The translations under genes were made by a program, and so were the position numbers. A stretch of 64,000 nucleotides of DNA from Candidatus Krumholzibacteriia bacterium (GTDB lineage Bacteria > Krumholzibacteriota > Krumholzibacteriia > JAJRXK01), in NCBI GenBank assembly GCA_041484665.1, contig JBGPIA010000009.1, positions 64,001 to 128,000 on the forward strand. The letters run 5' to 3'. The notes beneath the pieces are model-generated. The model searched no databases. It saw only the letters and a list, made by a program, of their open reading frames with translations, and was not told the DNA's origin. Below are positions 57,601 to 64,000 of the stretch, piece after piece; the stretch's first letter is position 1; each line of letters begins with the position of its first letter.

Positions 57601-57778
57601 CTCGTCGGCCTTCCTGGCCGCCGTGGAGGGCAAGCGCCGGGAGTTCCACACCGCGCTCACCGTGCTGGGCGGCCGGTCCGCGACAGCGGCCCCTTCCACG
57701 GCGTCCGCGCTGCCCGGTGCGCCCACGCCGCCAAGCGGTCCCCCGGTGCCGGCCGGCACCGGGGGAGGAGCCAGCTGA
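54677..57778 (+). CDS. Membrane hybrid: TMs-coiled coil-GAF-HisKA-HATPase-GAF-degenerate HD-GYP
   Basis: SHELRTPL, NLLDNALKF, DSGIG, GQGLGL; GAF GEGIAGRV..NVNNK..FDEDD; YDLG in place of HDIG, HHE.VDGSGYP. Confidence 0.92.
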   Translation: MHPSLPPTFPGATPLVVRLLVAALALGVALAGGRAWRATRRACLGALAVGAALLLLDDAVGAVLSHGQLAFQGTGWLIASALVQAAGLSLLAWGAGHAGQAENSTWLLGWLTIASCAFGLLLGVLPSIAWQLLGARAPGEPAPQPEWTLLLGLGCTAALLSSLRHRALARSGHALQERVHELGAAQEQSQQRETALQQQYEQAAQGRRQQQDSVEQLARRAANLQAVLQSSLSLNRRQELGQVLEAVVESAHERLGQPRVLLRLYNSRTHLFEARAFAGLPENEVRELRNRDVTMEDFLSAARAGAGLGGCAVVDPWAPPPPSSSPLGWRAGRQLVVPIRGDDGAVLGYLGVDEPNGVQVPAAETAELLEALASQAAIAIQNAQLHGQLERKNLEVSMANEKLRDLNRLKSNFVATVSHELRTPLTSIKAYSDTLQAALDDMEPQTVREFVSVISAESERLTGVIDDILDVSRLESGRAPMVKESFNFSALCQEAGVRMDAQFKAKGLRLRLECPPSEVVLSADRSAIEQLLVNLLDNALKFTPEGGEVRLHLEEEVSLARLVVEDSGIGIPEEEMERIFDRFYQVDGSTTRAYGGQGLGLAICRDIVEWHDGRIWVERAGGRGTRFVVLLPRKELVIHSNREDSSDVSERMQREEFLQLLTTLTAELMGTRIASIMLVDPASDALRIEAAVGLEEEVVHGARLRKGEGIAGRVWSEGRSILVHDLRGDARFAGRMNDVQYSTRSLLSAPLRRGTHVFGVVNVNNKINGQVFDEDDRLLLEALGERLVKAFDSLEAYRVGHHRLVAARSALRAILDVSRDRWSSLRELVARSGLDAARRLGMHEDDLRALAYVLKTYDLGLARVGEQILRKISPLSAEDRERINDHVRAGAELATEVEPLAKVRQILYHHHENVDGSGYPDGLAGEAIPVGARLVRLTDVFGALLHDRPFRRALSLDEAVALIREGVGRRFCPRVSSAFLAAVEGKRREFHTALTVLGGRSATAAPSTASALPGAPTPPSGPPVPAGTGGGAS

Positions 57779-57852
57779 CGGTCCCGTCACGCCCCAACCA
57801 CGACCCACGCCGTGCATCGGAAGGACGCGCAGGACAACAGGAGTGAAGGGAC

Positions 57853-58233
57853 ATGAGCCGCAAGCTGCTCGTCGTGGACGACGAGATGTACATCCTCAAT
57901 ATCCTGGATTTCACCCTCGGCAGCGAAGGCTTCGAGGTCATCACGGCTGCCAACGGCGAGGAGGCGCTGCGCAAGGTGAACCAGCTGCGACCCGACCTGG
58001 TCGTGCTGGACGTCATGATGCCCAAAGTGGACGGCTTCGAGGTCTGCCGGGCCATCAAGTCGAAGACCGAGACCTCCCACATCCCCGTGATCCTGCTCAC
58101 GGCACGTGACCGTGCCGCCGATCGAAAGAAGGGCGAGGAGGTCCGGTGCGATGCGTACATGACCAAGCCCTTCAATCCCCAGAAGCTCGTCGAGCGCATC
58201 CGCGAGCTGATCGGATCGCCCGCCAGCGACTGA
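57853..58233 (+). CDS. Single-domain response regulator (REC)
   Basis: LLVVDDE, VLDVMMPKVDG, LLTAR, MTKPF. Confidence 0.92.
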   Translation: MSRKLLVVDDEMYILNILDFTLGSEGFEVITAANGEEALRKVNQLRPDLVVLDVMMPKVDGFEVCRAIKSKTETSHIPVILLTARDRAADRKKGEEVRCDAYMTKPFNPQKLVERIRELIGSPASD

Positions 58234-58258
58234 CACGCGCGGCCGGGGTGTGCTGGGC

Positions 58259-58264
58259 TATACT
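58259..58264 (+). promoter_or_regulatory. -10 element positioned for a leaderless priA transcript
   Basis: TATACT followed 6 nt later by ATG 58271; no SD. Confidence 0.5.
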
Positions 58265-58270
58265 GCGCCC

Positions 58271-60517
58271 ATGCGCGCGCAGCGGCAGGCCGCCCAAGCC
58301 AAGGCGAGCAGTCCCCTCGGGCAGGGCACCCACGTCGAGGTGGTCCTGCCCGTTCCCGTTTTCCATCCCTTTACCTACCGGGTCCCGCCCGGGCTGCTGG
58401 CCGCGCCGACGGACGCCGCGGCAGCGGAAGATCCGCCCCGCGCGCCCGACCCAATTGCGGCACCCCGGTCGGCGGCGTCGCGCGCGCCCGCGGAATCGGC
58501 CCGGCTCGAATCGGCCCCGCCGCTGCCGACGCTCGTGCCCGGCACCGTGGTCCGCGTGCCGCTGGGGCGCCGCACGTTGACAGGGGTCGTGCTGCGCCTC
58601 GTCCCACCGTCGCAGCGGCGCGGCCTGCGCGACGTGCATGCGATCCTGCCGGCGCCCTACCGGCTGGGTGCCCCCGCGCTGCAGCTGGCCGCCTGGATCG
58701 CCGACTACTACGCCTGCGCGCTCGGCGAGGCGGTCGCGCTCTTGCTGCCTCCCATGCCCGCCACCGCCGCTCGCCGCTCGCCGCTCCTGCCGGCGCAGGG
58801 TCAAGCCGAGGCCGGCCCGTCCCTCAGCGCGGCGCAGGAGCAGGCGGTGCACGCGATCTGCGCGTCCGTGAGCGCCCACCGGTACGCGAGCTTCCTACTG
58901 CACGGCGTCACCGGGAGTGGCAAGACCGAGGTCTACCTGCGCGCGATCGAGGCGGCGATGGCGCACGGGCGCGGCGCGATCGTGCTCCTGCCGGAGATCT
59001 CGCTCACGCCCCAGACCATGGCGCGCATCGCGGCGCGCTTCCCCGGACGCGTCGCGCCCTACCACAGTCGCCTCAGCCACGGTGAGCGCTGCGCGGTGTG
59101 GGAGGCCGCCGCGCGCGGCGAGATCTCGGTGGTGGTGGGGGCGCGCAGCGCGGTGTTCGTGCCGGTGCGGGAGCTGGGCCTGATCGTCGTCGACGAGGAG
59201 CACGAGGGTAGCTACAAGGCCGACGACCGGCCGCGCGCCCACGCGCGTGACGTCGCGCTGATGCGCGGGTCCCTGGAGGGCGCCCCGGTCGTGCTGGGAT
59301 CGGCCACGCCCAGCCTGGAGAGTTGGCACAACGCGCGCCGGGGCAAGCACCAGCTGCTCTCCCTGCCGCAGCGGCTGGTCGCCGAGGCGATGCCATGCGT
59401 GGAGGTGATCGACCGGCGCACCGGGCGCGCGGGCCACGTTGGCGCGGAGGGTCCCTCCGGCGCGGACGGTTCCTCCGACGCGTCCCGCGCGGACGGCGCG
59501 GGGAACGACCAGGACGAGCTCGGCCTGATCGGCCCGCGGCTGGGCGCGGCCCTGGAGGAGGCGCTCGCCCGTGGCGAGCAGTCCATCGTCTTGCACAACC
59601 GCCGCGGCTTCGCCCGCTACCTCCAGTGCCGCGCGTGCGGGTACGTGCTGCAGTGCGCGCACTGCGATATCAGCCTCACCTGGCACCTGCGCGACGACCG
59701 CATGCACTGCCACTACTGCGGCTACCGCGCCGCGCGCCCGGCCGCCTGCGGTGGCTGCGGCGCCACGCCGATGCGTCCGCGCGGTGTGGGAACGCAGCGC
59801 GTAGAGGTGGCGTTGCAAGCACGCCTGCCACAGGCTCGCATCCTGCGCCTGGACCAGGACACGACGGCGGGGAAGCGCGGCCACCAGCGCCTGCTCGACC
59901 AGTTCGCGGCTGGGGAGGCCGACCTGCTGGTGGGGACGCAGATGGTGGCCAAGGGGCTGCATTTCCCGAGGGTCACCGTCGTGGGAGTCGTGGACGCCGA
60001 CGCGGGTCTGCACTTTCCCGATTTCCGCGCCCACGAGCGCGCGTTCCAGCTGCTGGCGCAGGTGGCCGGGCGCAGTGGCCGGGTCGGGCCCGGGCGCGTC
60101 GTCCTGCAAACCTGGGACCCCGACCACCGCGTCCTGGGCTACGCCCGCGGCCACGACGTGATCGGCTTCCTGGAGGAGGAGCTCTCGCAACGGCGCGCTC
60201 TGGGCTATCCGCCGTGGCGGCGCCTGGCAGCCATCCTGGCCACCGCGCCGCAGGAGGAGGTGCTCGACGCGCTGCTGGCGGCCCTGGGGCATCGGCTTCC
60301 CGGGGTGCTCCCACCCGCAGTCCAGCTGCTGGGGCCGGCGCGGGCGGTGCTGGCGCGGATCAATCGCCGTTACCGGGGACAGATCCTGCTCAAGGGCAAC
60401 CTGGGGACGGCGGGCAAGCGCGCTGTGCTGGACCTTCTCGAGCAGGTGCGCGAGCGGACGCCCGGGGGGTGGCGCGCCGACCTGGCGCTGGACGTGGACC
60501 CCCAGCAGCTGCTCTGA
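58271..60517 (+). CDS. priA: Primosomal protein N' (replication restart helicase)
   Basis: FTYRVP..VRVPLG, HGVTGSGKTEVY, PEISLTPQ, DEEHE.SYK, GSATP, four CxxC pairs, GTQMVAKG, QVAGRSGR, LDVDP. Confidence 0.96.
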   Translation: MRAQRQAAQAKASSPLGQGTHVEVVLPVPVFHPFTYRVPPGLLAAPTDAAAAEDPPRAPDPIAAPRSAASRAPAESARLESAPPLPTLVPGTVVRVPLGRRTLTGVVLRLVPPSQRRGLRDVHAILPAPYRLGAPALQLAAWIADYYACALGEAVALLLPPMPATAARRSPLLPAQGQAEAGPSLSAAQEQAVHAICASVSAHRYASFLLHGVTGSGKTEVYLRAIEAAMAHGRGAIVLLPEISLTPQTMARIAARFPGRVAPYHSRLSHGERCAVWEAAARGEISVVVGARSAVFVPVRELGLIVVDEEHEGSYKADDRPRAHARDVALMRGSLEGAPVVLGSATPSLESWHNARRGKHQLLSLPQRLVAEAMPCVEVIDRRTGRAGHVGAEGPSGADGSSDASRADGAGNDQDELGLIGPRLGAALEEALARGEQSIVLHNRRGFARYLQCRACGYVLQCAHCDISLTWHLRDDRMHCHYCGYRAARPAACGGCGATPMRPRGVGTQRVEVALQARLPQARILRLDQDTTAGKRGHQRLLDQFAAGEADLLVGTQMVAKGLHFPRVTVVGVVDADAGLHFPDFRAHERAFQLLAQVAGRSGRVGPGRVVLQTWDPDHRVLGYARGHDVIGFLEEELSQRRALGYPPWRRLAAILATAPQEEVLDALLAALGHRLPGVLPPAVQLLGPARAVLARINRRYRGQILLKGNLGTAGKRAVLDLLEQVRERTPGGWRADLALDVDPQQLL

Positions 60518-60587
60518 CCGTGGGGGCGGTCCCAAAGGCGACGCGGGAGCATCGGGACCGGAACCGGTCGAACCTCGTGCGGGAGTG

Positions 60588-60617
60588 TTGACACAGGCGC
60601 CGGCCGAGCCTTATATA
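60588..60617 (+). promoter_or_regulatory. sigma70-type promoter upstream of the TPR lipoprotein gene
   Basis: TTGACA followed after 17-18 nt by an AT-rich TTATATA. Confidence 0.55.
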
Positions 60618-60836
60618 GAACGCAGACAGGGCGCGGCTGCTGGCCGCGCAGGGACGTGGGGATCCCGGCCGAGAGTTCGCCTCACCTCTTCTCCATCCTT
60701 CAGCTCCCACCCGAAGACGTCGCAGGCGGCCAGAGACCGCCCTCGGGCTTCCTCGCGGGGATGGACGCGCCGGCGAGACCGTCGCAACCCTGGAACCTCC
60801 CGGAAGCTGCTCGACCATCGCCCAAGGGGGCGCTTC

Positions 60837-62129
60837 ATGCGCAAGTCGGATCGGATGGTGGCCGTCGTCGTGGCCGCGGTCGCGGGCCTCTCAGCGTGCA
60901 AGAACCCGTTCACCACTTCGGGGCTCCTGTACAACGACCTGCAACAGTACCGCAAGGCCGAGGCCGCGTTCCGGCGCGCTCTCGAGGACAACCCCAAGGA
61001 CAGCGAGGCGCTGTTCAACCTGGCCCGCACGGTGGCGTTCCGGGCCGAGGAAGACCTCAAGAACAGTGCCCGCACCGACGACGAGATCCGCCGGGACCGC
61101 AATCTACAGAAGGACAAGAATCTGGTCGGCCGGCTGGACGACCCGGCTGCCTTCCGGGCCGCCTGCTTCGACTCGGCGAAGGTCCTCTACTCCATGGCCA
61201 CCGAGTTCTACAACAAGGCGGCGGTCGTCGACAGCCTGACCTACGGCAAGCTCGCCCACGACAACATCCAGAGCAACTACTCCCACGCCTTCAACCGCGC
61301 CGTGGCGCTCAAGGACCAGGATCGCTGGGACGAGTCCGCCCGCTACTTCGAGCTGGCGTATGCCGTGGACTCGAGCGGAGAGAACGGCCTGCGCGCTCGC
61401 CGGCCCATCGTCCAGGTGCAGCTCAAGCTGGCCCAGAACGAGCTGCAGGCGGCCAAGACCGACACCGACAACGCGGCACAGGCCCGGGCCGAGGCGCGGG
61501 TCGACGGCGCGGTCAAGATTCTCGACGACATGATCGCCCATTCCTCCGATCCGAAGGCGAAACGCTCGCTGGTCGACGACAAGATCAAGGCGCTGCGGAT
61601 GGTGGGACGCACCGCCGAGGCCGAGGCGCTACGCGAGGGGTTGTTGGCCGAGAACCCCGACGACCTCGAGTTGATCTACGCGATCGCCAACGAGCGCATG
61701 AGCGCCAACAAGTTCGCCGAGGCCGCCGACCTCTACCAGCGCGGGGTGGTGCAGATCGAGAAGGACCCCGGGCTCAATGAGAGCGGGCTGTACGACGACC
61801 TGTACTACCTGCTGGGCCTCTCCCGCTTCCAGACCGGGACACCCGATGGGTATCGGGCTGCCATTCCCGCGTGCGAAAAGGCGCTCGCATTGGCCAAGAC
61901 GAAGGACACCAAGACCGACGTCGTGGAGACATTGGCGCTGAGCAACTTCGAGCTGGAGCAATATGCGCCGGCGATCGAGTACGCCAAGCAGTTGGTGGAG
62001 CTCGTGCCGGCCAACCAACGCGCCTGGGCGGTCCTCTGCCGCGCCTATACGCGCAACAACCAGCCGAAGGAGGCTGAGGAGGCCTGCAAGCGCTACGAGG
62101 AGCTGAAGGGCAGCCAACCGGGCTCATAA
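60837..62129 (+). CDS. TPR-repeat lipoprotein
   Basis: Lipobox LSA/C; repeated TPR helices ([43 protein letters not shown]). Confidence 0.85.
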   Translation: MRKSDRMVAVVVAAVAGLSACKNPFTTSGLLYNDLQQYRKAEAAFRRALEDNPKDSEALFNLARTVAFRAEEDLKNSARTDDEIRRDRNLQKDKNLVGRLDDPAAFRAACFDSAKVLYSMATEFYNKAAVVDSLTYGKLAHDNIQSNYSHAFNRAVALKDQDRWDESARYFELAYAVDSSGENGLRARRPIVQVQLKLAQNELQAAKTDTDNAAQARAEARVDGAVKILDDMIAHSSDPKAKRSLVDDKIKALRMVGRTAEAEALREGLLAENPDDLELIYAIANERMSANKFAEAADLYQRGVVQIEKDPGLNESGLYDDLYYLLGLSRFQTGTPDGYRAAIPACEKALALAKTKDTKTDVVETLALSNFELEQYAPAIEYAKQLVELVPANQRAWAVLCRAYTRNNQPKEAEEACKRYEELKGSQPGS

Positions 62130-62146
62130 GCCCCTCCCGGGGCCGG

Positions 62147-62163
62147 TTGGCAAGTGGTTTGCA
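62147..62163 (+). promoter_or_regulatory. Putative sigma54 (-24/-12) promoter upstream of rho
   Basis: TTGGCAAGTGGTTTGCA, near-consensus TGGCA-N6-TTGCA. Confidence 0.6.
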
Positions 62164-62436
62164 AGGGGTGGGGAGGAGGCCACCCCGCGCGCGCCGCCCC
62201 CGTGGCGGCTTCAAGACGAGCACGGGACAGGATCTTCGTTCCAGGGCCAACCGCCTGGCACCCGCCGGCGGCACGCCCCTCCCATCATCGAGAACGCAAC
62301 CGATAAGAAGCGGTCCTCCCGCCGGAGGACCTCGGCTCTCAGCCGGGCCGCCCGTGCGGCCCAGGCGGCGGAGCCGGAGACGGTGCCCGAGCTCGAGCCC
62401 GTCGTCGAGGCCGCGCTGTCTCCTCCACCCCCTCCC

Positions 62437-63786
62437 ATGTCGGAAGACACGATTATGTCCACGGTGAATACCATCGGCAGCTCCGGTACCGGCCAGGACC
62501 TCAACATCGGCGAGCTGAAGCAGAAGAACATCCAGGAGCTGATGCTGATCGCCGAGCAGCACGGCATCGAGGGCGTCGCCCACCTGCGCAAGCAGGAGCT
62601 GATCTTCAAGGTGCTGGAGTCGCAGGCGCAGCACGGCGGGATCATCTACGCCGACGGCGTCTTGCAGGTGCTGGCGGAGGGCTACGGGTTCCTGCGCTCG
62701 CCCGACTACAACTACCTCCCGGGGCCCGATGACATCTATCTGTCGCCCTCGCAGATCAAGAAGTTCGATCTGCGCACCGGCGACACCATCAGTGGCCAGG
62801 TTCGCCCGCCCAAGGAGGGGGAGCGCTACTTCGCGCTTTTGAAGGTCGAGGCGGTCAATTTCGAGAGTCCCGACATCGCCAAGAGCAAGCCGCTGTTCGA
62901 CAACCTCACGGCGCTCTATCCCGACGACCGGTTCTGGCTGGCCGACCGCAATGGCGGCGTCAACGGCAGCGGCAAGGAGGCGGCCGGGCGCAGCGACCTG
63001 AGCATGCGCGTGATCGACCTGCTGTGCCCCATTGGCAAGGGGCAGCGCGGACTGATCGTCTCGCCGCCGCGCGCGGGCAAGACGGTCCTGCTGCAGAAGA
63101 TCGCCAACTCGATCACCAAGAACCATCCCGAGGTGATCCTCATCGTGCTGCTCATCGACGAGCGCCCCGAGGAGGTCACCGACATGGCTCGCACGGTGCG
63201 CGGCGAGGTGGTCAGCTCCACATTCGACGAGCCGGCCGAGCGTCACGTGCAGGTGGCGGGCATGGTGATCAAGAAGGCCAAGCGCCTGGTCGAGCACGGC
63301 CACGACGTGGTGATCCTGCTGGACTCCATCACCCGTCTGGCCCGCGCCCACAACACGGTGGTGCCCCACAGCGGCAAGATCCTCTCCGGCGGCGTGGACG
63401 CCAACGCCTTGCAGCGGCCCAAGCGCTTCTTCGGGGCGGCTCGCAATGTGGAAGAGGGGGGCAGCCTCAGCATCGTCGCCACCGCGCTCATCGACACCGG
63501 CAGCCGCATGGACGAGGTGATCTTCGAGGAGTTCAAGGGCACGGGGAACATGGAGCTGGTGCTCGACCGCAAGCTGGCCGACCGGCGCATCTTCCCGGCG
63601 ATCGACATCTTCAAGAGCGGCACGCGCAAGGAAGAACTCCTGATCGATCCCAAGGAGCTCAACAAGATCTGGATCCTGCGGAAGTTCCTCAACGACCGCA
63701 GCCCGCAGGAGGCCATGGAGTTCCTCCTGGACAAGTTCACCAAGACCGAGAACAACCGGCAGTTTCTCGACTCGATGAACGCCTGA
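62437..63786 (+). CDS. rho: Transcription termination factor Rho
   Basis: [75 protein letters not shown]. Start 62437 or 62455. Confidence 0.98.
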   Translation: MSEDTIMSTVNTIGSSGTGQDLNIGELKQKNIQELMLIAEQHGIEGVAHLRKQELIFKVLESQAQHGGIIYADGVLQVLAEGYGFLRSPDYNYLPGPDDIYLSPSQIKKFDLRTGDTISGQVRPPKEGERYFALLKVEAVNFESPDIAKSKPLFDNLTALYPDDRFWLADRNGGVNGSGKEAAGRSDLSMRVIDLLCPIGKGQRGLIVSPPRAGKTVLLQKIANSITKNHPEVILIVLLIDERPEEVTDMARTVRGEVVSSTFDEPAERHVQVAGMVIKKAKRLVEHGHDVVILLDSITRLARAHNTVVPHSGKILSGGVDANALQRPKRFFGAARNVEEGGSLSIVATALIDTGSRMDEVIFEEFKGTGNMELVLDRKLADRRIFPAIDIFKSGTRKEELLIDPKELNKIWILRKFLNDRSPQEAMEFLLDKFTKTENNRQFLDSMNA

Positions 63787-64000
63787 GCTCGCGCAACGCC
63801 CGAGGATCGCGAGCGCACCAGGTGGCGGCCCGGCCGGGGCCGCGGCCGCGCCGCGCGGCGCCCTGGAAGCGGCCGGCCGCCCGGCCGGGATGGCGCAGCC
63901 GGGATGGCGCCACCTGGCGGGGGTGCGGTGGGTGTGCTAGCCTTGTCCGTCCGGCCACTGGCGGCCGGGATCCCGGGGGCACCGCTAATGGCGCCCCGTT

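Noticed and set aside
1..64000. tRNA, rRNA, IS/transposase, integrase, prophage or defence genes
   Set aside because: No recognisable motifs, terminal inverted repeats or compositional islands were seen by eye.

Overview
Very GC-rich, gene-dense bacterial chromosomal segment, almost entirely coded on the + strand. I support about 42 CDSs and see no rRNA, tRNA, CRISPR array or mobile element. The gene content (lipoproteins, an outer-membrane barrel, TonB, SurA, and a DUF4159/DUF4175/'asparagine synthetase B'-type cluster) suggests a diderm of the FCB superphylum, such as an Eisenbacteria/Latescibacterota-like lineage; this taxonomy is inference only. Housekeeping genes are an IscS-like desulfurase, mfd, two parvulin/SurA PPIases, ftsEX-envC, holB, tatD, rsmA, secDF, nnr, tsaD, priA and rho. 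The most unusual element is a five-gene signalling operon at 50270-58233: REC-GGDDF, two paralogous membrane histidine kinases each fused to GAF plus a degenerate HD-GYP domain, and two stand-alone receivers. Also notable are five sigma54-type -24/-12 motifs (including ahead of ftsE and rho), a probably catalytically dead alkaline-phosphatase-family lipoprotein, an unknown barrel with two paralogous NTF2-like lipoproteins, a 64-aa Zn-ribbon protein whose Shine-Dalgarno is bridged to the ATG by a hairpin, a structured ~220-nt leader before rsmA, and several apparently leaderless genes. All calls come from reading motifs by eye; no database searches were run, and start codons are best estimates.
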